From a virus: DNA of 64,000 bases. Below are positions 8,106 to 18,642 of the stretch, one piece after another; position 1 is the stretch's first letter, and each line of letters opens with the position of its first letter. The notes under the pieces were generated by a model, which was not told the origin of the DNA, searched no databases, and worked only from the letters and a program-made list of their open reading frames with translations. The position numbers were made by a program, and so were the translations under genes. The stretch spans positions 7,708 through 71,707 of IMG/VR virus record IMGVR_UViG_3300021961_007606. The stretch is one strand, 5' to 3'.

Positions 8106-9823
8106 TGTATATTTTTTAATTCACCAGGAATAAACTTACCATCAGCATCTAAGGATGCTACAACTTTAGGTTCATGGTATTCGTTTGGATCTGTAAACAC
8201 TTCTAGTACACACGGACCTTCTTGAGATAAAAATTCATTTAGTGTAGGTTGAATTGCGCTATTTGAATTAATACTCATATAAGGTAGTTCATATGCTTTA
8301 ATAACTTTTTCAAATTTAGGAAAAGATACTCCACTATTTTTTTCAGATGCAACAAACCTTCCATCAAAAAAAGCTTTTTGAGATATCTTGATTGATGTAT
8401 AACCATCGTTATTTAGTAGTATTAGCTTAATAGGTAGGTTATAGTGCTTCATTGTTTGAAGTTCGTGTATATTAAGATGAAGACTGCCATCACCTTCTAA
8501 ACATATAATTTTATGATGAGAAGCTGCTCCTAATGCAGCTGGTAGTCCATATCCCATTGGAGCACATCCAGTATTTGTTACGAGTCTTTGATCTCCATGC
8601 AAATCCAACACCTGCATTGTAACTACATTAGCTGATCCATCACTTGTGACAATATGATGATCGCTTGGCATTACTTTTGATAGCTCTTCAATAAAAGCAT
8701 AATGACTAACATAGTCACCATTTTCCCTATGCCTCTGTAGCACCCTTGGTGATGTTGCTTTGAGATCATTACAAAAATCTATCCAACTTCTGCTAGCTAC
8801 TGGTAACTCTGAACTTAAAATAGCTTCAAGAAACTCTTTAGCATCTGATTGAATCTTCAGGTCTGTAAACAAGGTTGGCTTATCCAATTCAGCTCTATCC
8901 ACATCAACATGAACTTTATATGCTTGTTGAGCAAATCCTTTAAAATTGTATCCTGTTTGTCTTACATACAATCTAGTACCAACAGCTATAACAAAATCAC
9001 ACTCACTCAATAGTTTATTTGCACAGATTTGAGCATGCGTACCAAATCTACCATAATACTGACTATAATCTTCATTTACTAAGTCGTTACCATTAACAGC
9101 TGATATAACTGGGATACTGGTCTTGGTTAGTGTCTTGTGCAGTTGTTCAACTCCACCACTCAATCTAATACCATTACCAACAATCATTAAAGGCTTCTTT
9201 GCACTTTTCCACTTTTCTAGCAAAGTATTGATATCAGTTGACATTGGTCTGTGTATAAATTTAGGATCCACATAACCTTCTAGCATTTGTGGATTGATGT
9301 CAGCTGATTGCACATTGAGAGGTATGTCTATCCACACTGGACCAGGTCTTCCTGTAATTGCAAGCTTACAAGCTTTTTCCAAATGATATCTAATCTGCGA
9401 TGGATCATTTACTTGTACAGCATACTTAGTCATGTTCTTCACCGATTCAACAATGTTAAACTCCTGATCACCAAGCTGCCTCAAAGGTAGTTTAGTATAG
9501 TCTGTGGTCATTTCTTTGTTAACCTGACCACTAACAACTATGACTGGAATAGAATCTAACCAGCTACACAAAGTACCTGTAATTGCGTTAGTACCTCCTG
9601 GACCACTTGTTACTACACAAGCTCCAAGTTTATTATTCATACGAGCATAGCCTTCTGCTGCTATTGCAGCTGCCTGCTCGTGGTGGGTTGCTACATACTT
9701 AACTCCTTCGGTATGTCCTAAGGAATCTATCAAAAATATACAACCTCCACCGGATACGGTGAAGATGGTATCGAGCTTGTATTCATCCCTTAAAAACTGA
9801 ATAACATAATCAGATACTTTCAT
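8093..9823 (-). CDS. ThDP-dependent acetolactate-synthase-like enzyme (YerE-like)
   Basis: HHEQAAAIAAEGYAR, VTSGPGGTN, GRPGPVWIDIP, GDGS...NN ThDP motif; sits in a sugar cluster. Confidence 0.85.
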   Translation of the reverse strand: MKVSDYVIQFLRDEYKLDTIFTVSGGGCIFLIDSLGHTEGVKYVATHHEQAAAIAAEGYARMNNKLGACVVTSGPGGTNAITGTLCSWLDSIPVIVVSGQVNKEMTTDYTKLPLRQLGDQEFNIVESVKNMTKYAVQVNDPSQIRYHLEKACKLAITGRPGPVWIDIPLNVQSADINPQMLEGYVDPKFIHRPMSTDINTLLEKWKSAKKPLMIVGNGIRLSGGVEQLHKTLTKTSIPVISAVNGNDLVNEDYSQYYGRFGTHAQICANKLLSECDFVIAVGTRLYVRQTGYNFKGFAQQAYKVHVDVDRAELDKPTLFTDLKIQSDAKEFLEAILSSELPVASRSWIDFCNDLKATSPRVLQRHRENGDYVSHYAFIEELSKVMPSDHHIVTSDGSANVVTMQVLDLHGDQRLVTNTGCAPMGYGLPAALGAASHHKIICLEGDGSLHLNIHELQTMKHYNLPIKLILLNNDGYTSIKISQKAFFDGRFVASEKNSGVSFPKFEKVIKAYELPYMSINSNSAIQPTLNEFLSQEGPCVLEVFTDPNEYHEPKVVASLDADGKFIPGELKNIQWLS

Positions 9824-10826
9824 AGACTTCGTTTATTGCTTCTTTTACTATACTAAAATCTTTTATGTTTACCAAACTTGGTTCGTCACCAACAAGTATC
9901 ATTGTTAGCTCTCCAGTACTTTTTTTATCAGATTTAACAATCTCAATAAGTTCATTAAAATCAAACCACGATTTCTCAAGCTTTAAATCACTTTGGCGTA
10001 TTAAATTAATTCCAGTGGTTAGAGTTAGCTCGTAATCCTTTACTTTGTATCCCATCTTGTATGCTACCCTTGTTGCAATCATGCTACCTAAGATCACACC
10101 AAGTCCATGCGGAATACTATGATTGGATGATGATTCAAGAGCGTGTCCAAATGTATGGCCATAGTTTAACCACTTACGTTCATTCTTATCAAACTCATCT
10201 AAAGCTAGTATGCTCGCTTTGTATTTTAAACCATTTTGGATTCGAGCACTAACATCAGCAACAGAAAACTCTAACATTTTTCCTTGCAATATGTAAAACT
10301 TGTAGATCTCACCCCATCCACTCAAGTAATCGGTTCTTGAAAGAGTGTTTACAAAGTCTGGGTAGATTAGTACTTCTTTTGGTGGGTAAAACGTACCTAA
10401 TATGTTTTTTCTATTTGCATGGTTTATAGAGGTCTTTCCACCAATACAACTATCTACTTGCGCTAGTAGTGTTGTTGGAATAAGGGTATAATCAATACCA
10501 CGACAATATATTGATGCAACAAAGCTAACAAGATCTTGAATTATTCCACCACCTACTGCTACTAATTTTGTTTTTATATTTGCTTTATTGTTGATCAATA
10601 TATTAGATAGTTTATCAACCATCTTTAGAGTTTTATTAGCTTCTTCTGCTTTAACATATATACATGATATGTTTTTACAAAGCTCTGGGTAAAGATGTGC
10701 TATATTCTCATCCACAACAACTACAGTATTGTCTGCACTAATGTGCTGCTTTATTTCTTCAATACTCTCTACCCAGTTAATTGTATAATTTGAAAACTTT
10801 GATTGTATTGTTAATAAGTTGTACAT
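9810..10826 (-). CDS. 3-dehydroquinate-synthase-like sugar-phosphate cyclase
   Basis: GGGIIQD, PTTLLAQVDSCIGGKT, KNILGTF, LNYGHTFGHALE, HG. Confidence 0.85.
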   Translation of the reverse strand: MYNLLTIQSKFSNYTINWVESIEEIKQHISADNTVVVVDENIAHLYPELCKNISCIYVKAEEANKTLKMVDKLSNILINNKANIKTKLVAVGGGIIQDLVSFVASIYCRGIDYTLIPTTLLAQVDSCIGGKTSINHANRKNILGTFYPPKEVLIYPDFVNTLSRTDYLSGWGEIYKFYILQGKMLEFSVADVSARIQNGLKYKASILALDEFDKNERKWLNYGHTFGHALESSSNHSIPHGLGVILGSMIATRVAYKMGYKVKDYELTLTTGINLIRQSDLKLEKSWFDFNELIEIVKSDKKSTGELTMILVGDEPSLVNIKDFSIVKEAINEVYESI

Positions 10827-11446
10827 GAAAAACCTCCATCTATTCTGATATTTTGTCCACTAATATAGTCATTGTCAATCGTGAGTTGATAAACCAATTT
10901 AGCCACTTCTTCTGGTTTACCTAAACGACTAACTGGAATATTGTGAATTATTTTTAATACATCTTCTGGCGTATTGTTTTTAAAAGTCAAGTCTGTTTCA
11001 ATAAATCCTGGTGATACTGTATTAGCTAAAATGTTCCAATGACCATACTCAGCAGTGATTGCTTTTGTTAAGGCATGTAAAGCATTTTTACTTGCACTGT
11101 ATGCCAACCTTCCTTGCTTAGCAGTATCAATCCAAACACTCCCAATGTTAACAATCCTACCGTACTGTTTGTTTATCATGTAAGGAATGCATTGTTGAAT
11201 AATCTCCAAAGGTGAATAGTAATTCACCCTCATAACTTCATCAGAGGATATACTATCTAAAAATTTAATAGGATTAATCCCAGCACAATTTATGACAATA
11301 TCAAATTCACGATTGGTTAAGTTTACTGGTTGTGTTAAGTCTAACTCTGTTCTTGTTGGAGAATATACAGAATGGCCATTGCTGACAAATACATCCACAA
11401 TGGCCTTTCCAATTCCTCGTGAGCCTCCTGTAACTAATACATTCAT
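10811..11446 (-). CDS. short-chain dehydrogenase/reductase (SDR)
   Basis: TGGSRGIG, NCAG, YSASK, NTVSPG. Confidence 0.9.
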   Translation of the reverse strand: MNVLVTGGSRGIGKAIVDVFVSNGHSVYSPTRTELDLTQPVNLTNREFDIVINCAGINPIKFLDSISSDEVMRVNYYSPLEIIQQCIPYMINKQYGRIVNIGSVWIDTAKQGRLAYSASKNALHALTKAITAEYGHWNILANTVSPGFIETDLTFKNNTPEDVLKIIHNIPVSRLGKPEEVAKLVYQLTIDNDYISGQNIRIDGGFSCTTY

Positions 11447-12246
11447 TATTTGAAAGATACAGATTGATTGATACGATCTTGGATCATTTGTATTCGTTTA
11501 ATATCCTGATTAGCCATTGAGGTATAAAGTTCGTGCTTACACATCAACCACTCATACTCAAACATCTGAGCTTTTGATAAAGCTCTTGATAAATTTTTTA
11601 ATGTAATTGATGGATCAAACATTGCATAGCGAGTCTCAAACTTATCTAACAATCCCTCTGAGTGTAACTTTTTTAAGAAGGTTAGTGAGTTAGTTGATAC
11701 AGCTCCTCCTAAACAAGCCTTTAGTCCTTTTTCTTTTACTTTAGCAAACACACCTTTAACCATCTTATACACTTCAGGTTCGTTTACATAGTTTCTATCT
11801 TTGTTCATCGATGAAACTAAATCTACACGACCAACAGTTACACCATACAACTCTCCAGCTTCTGGAGCATCTAACATAGCTTGGGCATTACCAATAGCTG
11901 TAATTGTTTCTACATTTACATTTAATTGGATTGATGACAGTGTGTCTTCAGGAATATAAAGTTTAGCAGCTTGAACAAACTTTTTCAAACCAAATTCAGA
12001 TTCTACCATAGGAGCTACTAAACCCTTTACACCAATGATTGTTGAATCTTTTAAATCACGAATGGCTTCAGGACCACCAATCTTTAAAGTAATTTTAGTT
12101 TTAGCTTGATTACAAACCTCTTTGAGACGGATTGTTTCGTTAAACAAAGCTCCTTCATCTTCAAAGCTGGTTTTTATACCTACTAGACCTTCATTCTCAA
12201 TTAAGTCAGTTAGGATTTTTACACACTTAAATTCTCTTGTATTCAT
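11446..12246 (-). CDS. HpcH/HpaI aldolase / citrate-lyase-beta-like protein
   Basis: KIGGPEA, APMVES, NVET, GRVDL motifs. Confidence 0.75.
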   Translation of the reverse strand: MNTREFKCVKILTDLIENEGLVGIKTSFEDEGALFNETIRLKEVCNQAKTKITLKIGGPEAIRDLKDSTIIGVKGLVAPMVESEFGLKKFVQAAKLYIPEDTLSSIQLNVNVETITAIGNAQAMLDAPEAGELYGVTVGRVDLVSSMNKDRNYVNEPEVYKMVKGVFAKVKEKGLKACLGGAVSTNSLTFLKKLHSEGLLDKFETRYAMFDPSITLKNLSRALSKAQMFEYEWLMCKHELYTSMANQDIKRIQMIQDRINQSVSFK

Positions 12247-12249
12247 AGT

Positions 12250-12921
12250 TTATTTTTTTGTTATTATTGCAACTGCATATGCATCCTGGATATCTGGGTA
12301 TATCTCTATATTTTTAATGTTTGATTCAATATACGCTTTTTCTTCCGGTAATACAAATTTAGAGTTGATTTTTCCTGTATCTGCAAGCTCTTGTATTGCT
12401 CTGTACGTATCATCATTTCTAATGCAACATACCAGATTGTCCGGTATAGACATATCCTCTAATATGTAATAACCTCCTGACTTTGCGTACTTAAACAAGT
12501 GTCCAAGCGAAATCATTTGATGATTGTGCTCATGAGAACCGTCTTCTAATATAAAGTCAAACTGCTCAGAACCAAACGACTCGTACATTGCTGATAATTG
12601 ATTACGATCGGATTGATCAGCTTGAAAGAATTTTACTCTATCTTTTAAATCCACAATACATGGATGGGAATGCATGTTAAGTATATCCATAGTGTATATT
12701 TGAGCTTTGCTGAAGTAGTCGTACCACATATTGACAGATTGGCCACCATGTGCAGGCTCTAAGGATATACCAATTTCTAAAAGACGAATTTGCTCATTTC
12801 TCCATTTACTTAAATAACGTTGATCGTATATACTGGCATAGCCGTGTCTACTACCACCAGCATATGCAGAACCTTTGTCGGTTTGATATTGATTTGCTAA
12901 ATCATCTAATGTTTTTACCAT
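12250..12921 (-). CDS. SAM-dependent sugar O-methyltransferase (MycE/TylE-like)
   Basis: TDKG..HGY...Y, LLEIG, DQSD, EDGSH, GGYYILED. Confidence 0.75.
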   Translation of the reverse strand: MVKTLDDLANQYQTDKGSAYAGGSRHGYASIYDQRYLSKWRNEQIRLLEIGISLEPAHGGQSVNMWYDYFSKAQIYTMDILNMHSHPCIVDLKDRVKFFQADQSDRNQLSAMYESFGSEQFDFILEDGSHEHNHQMISLGHLFKYAKSGGYYILEDMSIPDNLVCCIRNDDTYRAIQELADTGKINSKFVLPEEKAYIESNIKNIEIYPDIQDAYAVAIITKK

Positions 12922-13883
12922 ATAAATTTATTTTTATAATAATCCACTATACCACCAATTTCCTGTCCAAACACCTTCTTAGGTTCCCAACCTAAAGATC
13001 TAAGCTTTGCGTCATCTAAAGCATATCTTACATCCTGACCTGGACGATGACATGAAAAATCCACATAATGATCCACATAATGAAAATCTTCCCAGTTCTT
13101 AACCTTACTAAACTCTGTAATAATAGCCTTTACAGTTTGAATATTTTGTTGTTCAAACCCACCAGCTACATTATAGATCTCACCAACTTGTCCTTTTTCA
13201 ATAAGAGTCATCACAGCTTCTGCAGTATCGTCTGCATGTAACCAGTTTCTATATGGTGTACCGTTGTTGTGAAGAGGTATCTTACGACCTATGTTTAGCA
13301 ATTTTACGGATTTTGGTATTAGTTTTTCAACATACTGACCAACACCATAGTTGTTAGTTGGTCTTATGATCATATAAGGAACGTTGTGAGTTCTACCCCA
13401 AGCCACTACTAACATATCTGCAGCTGCTTTTGTTGCTGAGTATGGGTTGCTTGGTCTGAGCATATCAGTTTCAGAATGAGCTCCTTCAGACACATCGCCG
13501 TATACCTCATCTGTACTAAAATGTATTAAGATAGGCTTACTTGCATTCTCTCCTCTATGGTTTTTAATAAGTTCAAGAAGATTGTGTACTCCATCAATAT
13601 TCGACTTCACAAATTCAACACTACTTGCTATTGAATTTCCTACATGAGTTTCGGCTGCAGTATTAATTACATAATCGCAATCATATAAAAATTTCAAGTC
13701 GTTTATATCACAATGTACAAACGAAAAGTTAGGGTAACTTTTAAACTCTTTTAATAAATCTTTGTTAGCTGCATAGGTTATTTTATCAACTCCTTTTACA
13801 TACCAACCTCTCTCTAAACACTTTTTAGTTACATAAGACCCAATAAAGCCTAAGCAACCAGTTACATATACTATTTTTTTCAT
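12915..13883 (-). CDS. rmlB: NDP-glucose 4,6-dehydratase (RmlB-like)
   Basis: TGCLGFIG, AAETHV, STDEVYG, YSATK, NNYG, RPGQDVRY; start moved to ATG 13883 (ATGA overlap). Confidence 0.85.
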   Translation of the reverse strand: MKKIVYVTGCLGFIGSYVTKKCLERGWYVKGVDKITYAANKDLLKEFKSYPNFSFVHCDINDLKFLYDCDYVINTAAETHVGNSIASSVEFVKSNIDGVHNLLELIKNHRGENASKPILIHFSTDEVYGDVSEGAHSETDMLRPSNPYSATKAAADMLVVAWGRTHNVPYMIIRPTNNYGVGQYVEKLIPKSVKLLNIGRKIPLHNNGTPYRNWLHADDTAEAVMTLIEKGQVGEIYNVAGGFEQQNIQTVKAIITEFSKVKNWEDFHYVDHYVDFSCHRPGQDVRYALDDAKLRSLGWEPKKVFGQEIGGIVDYYKNKFIW

Positions 13884-14719
13884 ATCACTGGGTTGTTTAT
13901 ATTTTTCCATGTTTGTGGATAATAGTTTCCATTTAAGTGTGACCACGGACTAGTAGCTTTCAGATAGTTTGTAGGACACATAATTGTTTTATTAGTATTT
14001 TTACTCTTATAGGCTGCCCACCAACTATAAGAACTATTTGCTGTTATAAAATGATCACACAAACTCATTAATATAAGATCTACATAATCAGATCCTGGTT
14101 CTATAAAGGTAACAGAGTCACCTTCAATAAGGTTTTCTTTGCACCATTGTATGTCATTTGAAAATACAACAAAATAATAACGCTCTATGTTGTCTGTAAA
14201 GCTTTGCAATGCTTCGTTATAATACGATACATCTAATTTACAAAAGTGATCATGTTGTGGTAAAAGATAATCACCTCTACGAACATGAATTGCCACTAGC
14301 TCTTTATCTTTAGGTAATATCTTTTTCTTAATACTTGTAGCTGCTTTTAAATGTATTGGATTCCAATCCCAATTAAATACATCACTAGCACATATATTAT
14401 GCCAATAGCAATAACTATCAAATCTATTAACTATGTTGTAGTTTAGTTTTGGATCCAATCCATACACATTACTATCTACAAGAAGACGATCATTTGGACG
14501 AAAGTCTATAAAATCAACAAACTCACTATCAGCAGCAGTGTGAATAGGTAAATCAACTAGTTCTGCAAATTTAAAACCATGACCCATAGACAAACTAGAT
14601 TCTGGAAACACAATAGTCTTATTGGTTTGCTTAGCAACAGCATACAAAGATGCATACTGCTGCAATTGCGAACCCAAGTTTCCAGACTCTCCTATTGTTT
14701 TAAAGGTTATATAGCTCAT
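13880..14719 (-). CDS. glycosyltransferase family 11 (alpha-1,2-fucosyltransferase-like)
   Basis: GNLGSQL, HVRRGDY, FSNDI.WC, NSSYSWWAAY. Confidence 0.9.
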   Translation of the reverse strand: MSYITFKTIGESGNLGSQLQQYASLYAVAKQTNKTIVFPESSLSMGHGFKFAELVDLPIHTAADSEFVDFIDFRPNDRLLVDSNVYGLDPKLNYNIVNRFDSYCYWHNICASDVFNWDWNPIHLKAATSIKKKILPKDKELVAIHVRRGDYLLPQHDHFCKLDVSYYNEALQSFTDNIERYYFVVFSNDIQWCKENLIEGDSVTFIEPGSDYVDLILMSLCDHFITANSSYSWWAAYKSKNTNKTIMCPTNYLKATSPWSHLNGNYYPQTWKNINNPVI

Positions 14720-16065
14720 TCAAATTTTGCAAAAAACTTATTTATAACTTCTTCGATATAGTTTAATTGCTCTTCAGTGATTCCAGGATATACTCCTAAA
14801 AAGAAAGTATCTTTTGTTGTTTTAGTAGCTATAGGAAACATCTCAGCTGGATTGGTGTAATGAGTAAATGCCGGATGCTCAGAGTAAGCCGGATGAAACA
14901 ATGCATTACCTGTAAAATAGGATCTTGTTTGTATCTTAGCTCCTTCAAGCCAATCTACTAATTCGTTCTTTTCAAAAGGAGATCCATCTTTTACTGTTAA
15001 AAGAAAACCAAACCAACTAGTGTCTGCTTTTTCTAACGAATATGGTAAGTGAAAGTATTTTATATACTTTTCAAAAATACTATACAATCTCTTAAAGTTT
15101 GCTTTTCGCTTTGCGTGCATCATATCCAACTTCTCTATTTGTTTTAAACCAATAGCAGCTTGCATCTCTGTAGGTTTTAGATTATATCCAATTTCATCAA
15201 ACACATACCTATGATCATAAGTCATCTCTGGATAATTCTTGAACCACGTATTCATACGCATACCGCAAGCTGTTCCACAAACCACATTACCAGGCTTAAT
15301 TGTATTACAATAGCAAGCACGACCCCAATCTCTTAAAGAAGCAAGTGCCATTCGATGTATACCAGTCGAGCAAGCAACAAAACCACCTTCGCCAGTAGTC
15401 ATGTGGTGAGCTGGAAAAAAAGAACAAGTTGATATTTTGCCAAAAGATCCTAAGGGCTTGTTGTCCCAAGTTGAACCAAGAGCATCACAACAATCTTCAA
15501 GAAAAATTAAGTTGTATTTTTTTACTATTTCCATCAAACGATCCATGTCAGGAGGATTGCCTAACACGTGAGCAAAAATAATACCTTTAATTTCTTTATC
15601 CTTATCATTCTCAAGAAGAGACTCTACCATATCTAGATTTAGATTTAAGTTTGGAAGCTCTACATCAACAAACACAGGAACATATCCATTTTGTAGTAGT
15701 GGATTTATTGTGGTAGGAAAACACACTACTGGTGTAATAAACTTACTACCTGCAGGAAGATTTCCTCCTCTCTTTGTTTTAAGCAAAGATACCATTAGTA
15801 AATTAGCTGAGCTACCTGAGTTAACAATAATGCCGTCTGATTTACCTAAATGAGGTGCAAATCGTTTTTCAAACTCACGACCTTTTTCACCCAAAATAAA
15901 CCAACTATCTAACAAAGTCTCTACAGCAGAGACATATTCGTCACTGTTGAAATAAGGACCTGAGTACTGAACCCAGTCCTCTCCAGCACGCCAAACTTTG
16001 TTAGCTTGCATTTCTTGTACATAACCCTTAATGGATTCAAGAATTTCTTCTTTTTTATTTTTCAT
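14716..16065 (-). CDS. rfbH: NDP-4-keto-6-deoxyglucose 3-dehydrase E1 (RfbH/DdhC)
   Basis: NSGSSANLL, EDCCDALG, SFFPAHHMTTGEGG (His in place of the PLP Lys), RDWGRACYC...CG..CG Fe-S cysteines. Confidence 0.85.
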   Translation of the reverse strand: MKNKKEEILESIKGYVQEMQANKVWRAGEDWVQYSGPYFNSDEYVSAVETLLDSWFILGEKGREFEKRFAPHLGKSDGIIVNSGSSANLLMVSLLKTKRGGNLPAGSKFITPVVCFPTTINPLLQNGYVPVFVDVELPNLNLNLDMVESLLENDKDKEIKGIIFAHVLGNPPDMDRLMEIVKKYNLIFLEDCCDALGSTWDNKPLGSFGKISTCSFFPAHHMTTGEGGFVACSTGIHRMALASLRDWGRACYCNTIKPGNVVCGTACGMRMNTWFKNYPEMTYDHRYVFDEIGYNLKPTEMQAAIGLKQIEKLDMMHAKRKANFKRLYSIFEKYIKYFHLPYSLEKADTSWFGFLLTVKDGSPFEKNELVDWLEGAKIQTRSYFTGNALFHPAYSEHPAFTHYTNPAEMFPIATKTTKDTFFLGVYPGITEEQLNYIEEVINKFFAKFE

Positions 16066-16981
16066 ATTGTAATTGTTTCTTTTTTTCAATATAGACTTTT
16101 TTTATTCCATCTGCAAATTTTGTAAACTCAAAATCAGGCAGATACCTTCTCATTTTTGCAATAGACACGTCCTTTCTAAACTGACCATCTAATTCAGGTG
16201 TATCGTATACAATCTTCCAGTCTTGCTTACCTAAAACTTCTAAAGTGATAGTAGCAAGCTCATGGATAGTATAAGTTTCGGGATTAGATACGTTAAAGGA
16301 TTCGTTAATCTCATCATATGCCATTGTACTAATTATAGCAGCAACATCACCAGCATACGTAAACTGTCTCAATGGCTTTCCAGTACCGAGTAGCTTAATG
16401 GTTGTTCCTCCCACCTTCTCTTGTTCTATAATTTTATCAAGTAAAGCAGTGACATAGTGAGCTTTATTATTTTTATGAGCATCCAACTCACTATATAAGT
16501 TGGAAGGAGTAATATAACAGTATTTGGTGTTGTATTGTTTGTTGTAAGCTTCAATTAAGCTAATCATGCATCTTTTGCTGTATGCATATCCAAAGTTTGT
16601 TGGAGTAGGAGGCCCTTTAAATATATCCTCCTCGATCATAGGATATTTATCTAACCTATCAGGATATGCACAAGTACTTGAAAGAGCTATTAATCTTTCT
16701 ACTCCAACCTCGTGAGCAGCTTTAATTATATTTGTATTGATTAATAAATTTTGTTCTAAATACTCAACTGGTCGATTGATATTATCTTGAATACCGCCGA
16801 CAACACCAGCTAAGTGAATAATGAGGTTTGGTGAGCAGTCTTTAACTAACTCTAAAGTTTTATTGTAATCAGTGAGATCACCATCTTTACTACTACGATA
16901 AATTGCTTGTGATAGTGGCCGCATTATCTTTTTTAAATGCTTGCCAACTGTACTTGTACCACCTGTAACTAAAATAATCAT
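16055..16981 (-). CDS. GDP-fucose/colitose synthase-like epimerase-reductase
   Basis: LAGVVGGI..N, SSTCAYP, PTNFGYAYSKR, GTGKPLRQF. Confidence 0.8.
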   Translation of the reverse strand: MIILVTGGTSTVGKHLKKIMRPLSQAIYRSSKDGDLTDYNKTLELVKDCSPNLIIHLAGVVGGIQDNINRPVEYLEQNLLINTNIIKAAHEVGVERLIALSSTCAYPDRLDKYPMIEEDIFKGPPTPTNFGYAYSKRCMISLIEAYNKQYNTKYCYITPSNLYSELDAHKNNKAHYVTALLDKIIEQEKVGGTTIKLLGTGKPLRQFTYAGDVAAIISTMAYDEINESFNVSNPETYTIHELATITLEVLGKQDWKIVYDTPELDGQFRKDVSIAKMRRYLPDFEFTKFADGIKKVYIEKKKQLQYEK

Positions 16982-16989
16982 AATCTTTG

Positions 16990-17337
16990 TTATATACGAT
17001 TGTAGTCGTCTTGTATTCTTATAATATCATCCTCATCAAAAGAGTCACCAGTTTGTATTTCAATAAACACTAATTTAGTGTCTCCAAAATTAGATATACG
17101 ATGGGGAGTCATTCGAGGTATATTAGTGCCCATGCCTGTTGCCAGTTGCCAACTAGCACCACCACATGTAACTAAACCAACACCTTCTGTTACATACCAA
17201 TGTTCTTCTCTTTTGGTATGGTATTGCAAAGACAGCTGTTGACCTGGATTAACTGTGAGTCTTTTTATTTTGCAATGATCATCTACATATAGTATCTCAA
17301 AAGCACCCCATGGTCTTTCTTCTCTATAATTTTGCAT
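16990..17337 (-). CDS. mannose-6-phosphate isomerase type II cupin
   Basis: RPWG, V.PGQQLSLQYH..REEHW, HRI.N, IEIQTG..EDDIIR. Confidence 0.85.
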   Translation of the reverse strand: MQNYREERPWGAFEILYVDDHCKIKRLTVNPGQQLSLQYHTKREEHWYVTEGVGLVTCGGASWQLATGMGTNIPRMTPHRISNFGDTKLVFIEIQTGDSFDEDDIIRIQDDYNRI

Positions 17338-17947
17338 ATAATTCGTTTTGCTTTTCTTGTTTTGCTATTGTTTTATGATGCTCTAAACAAAAATCTACCT
17401 CTGCAGGTAGTGCTGCGAATTGCTTGTATCCATTTAATCTCTCATGGACTTTGTTGATCCACACAATCTCTGGTTTATTTTTATAAATGCGCCATTGATA
17501 GTCTGGAAAGTTTATAAATCCATTTTCGTTTAGGTTCCATCCCCACCTTTGTATATGGTCAGCTGTAAGCCCCACTACGGTGTTTATTCGAGGAACAATA
17601 TAAACATCTACATCTGGATTTGCTTCTAAAATACTGGGTAGGTTTTCGATTAAAGAATCTACGGGCATCTCATCCGCATCTATTTGAAAGATGTAGTCGC
17701 CGGTACAGTAGTTTGTGAGTTTATTTTTCCAATCAGCAAAATGTCTATCAAAAGCACCTTTATGCCAAACAAACTCACTATTAATAGAGTGTGTACGTAA
17801 GTACTGTTCTATTTCGGGGTCACCATTTGCTTCATCAAATAACACAACGATTTGATCCTCACTACGTTTTCTCTGAAGCAAAAAAGAGATTAAACGTTGG
17901 ATTTCTATAAACTCGTTGCAAACTGTAATAGCGTAACTAATTTTCAT
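17324..17947 (-). CDS. glycosyltransferase family 2
   Basis: ISYAITVCNE, IFQIDADE, PDYQWR, VHE. Confidence 0.85.
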   Translation of the reverse strand: MKISYAITVCNEFIEIQRLISFLLQRKRSEDQIVVLFDEANGDPEIEQYLRTHSINSEFVWHKGAFDRHFADWKNKLTNYCTGDYIFQIDADEMPVDSLIENLPSILEANPDVDVYIVPRINTVVGLTADHIQRWGWNLNENGFINFPDYQWRIYKNKPEIVWINKVHERLNGYKQFAALPAEVDFCLEHHKTIAKQEKQNELYAKL

Positions 17948-17948
17948 A

Positions 17949-18440
17949 CTATGATTTGATAAATCCTAAAAACTTACAAGCATCGTAAAACTTATCATTA
18001 GTAAATAACTGACCTGACTTCATATCAATACGACGAGTGTAATACTTGTCAGTTTGACCTGGAATAGGATATTTCTTTTGATCTTCAGTTGGAATATCTA
18101 CTGCAGGAGCAGCCATCCACTTCCAATCCTCAGAACTTGTACCATCAGGAAAGATGATACCAAAAGATGGAAAGTTGAGTACAATTGGATACCATACTAA
18201 TCCACGATCGTCAATCCAGCGAAGAGCTTTAATAAGTTCAGCTGTTGTAGCTTCATATTGTTTAACAAAGTCAGAATCTACTCTGTTTAAAGAAGTAGTT
18301 GTATATCCACACTCCATACACATGAAGCTATGAACATCCTCATTGTTTACTTTTTCTGTCTCCACAAAGCATTCTGGAGATTTACAGTGCGGACACTCTA
18401 TCTTAATAGGATCCGTACTCGAGACTGATTGATGCGCCAT
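17949..18440 (-). CDS. zinc-ribbon hypothetical protein
   Basis: CPHC...CMECG. Confidence 0.7.
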   Translation of the reverse strand: MAHQSVSSTDPIKIECPHCKSPECFVETEKVNNEDVHSFMCMECGYTTTSLNRVDSDFVKQYEATTAELIKALRWIDDRGLVWYPIVLNFPSFGIIFPDGTSSEDWKWMAAPAVDIPTEDQKKYPIPGQTDKYYTRRIDMKSGQLFTNDKFYDACKFLGFIKS

Positions 18441-18642
18441 TGTTTTCTTGAGTAAATTCTTTAATTAAATTATACTGATTAATATCACCGATTACAACAA
18501 ATTTAGAGTAAACTTCTTCATTTTGTACATAATCCCAGTGGTATTCGATATCGTTTGCTGTTAAAGTTCCAATCAACAAGTTGTGTGAGAAAGGAGAATG
18601 AGTAAGCAAATAAAATCTCATTGTTTTGTTATCTGTTGCCAT
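18403..18642 (-). CDS. hypothetical protein
   Basis: ORF track; contiguous. Confidence 0.55.
   Translation of the reverse strand: MATDNKTMRFYLLTHSPFSHNLLIGTLTANDIEYHWDYVQNEEVYSKFVVIGDINQYNLIKEFTQENNGASISLEYGSY

Noticed and set aside
8093-10826. ilvB and aroB as amino-acid biosynthesis auxiliary genes
   Set aside because: No other ilv/aro genes are present and both are embedded in an NDP-sugar operon
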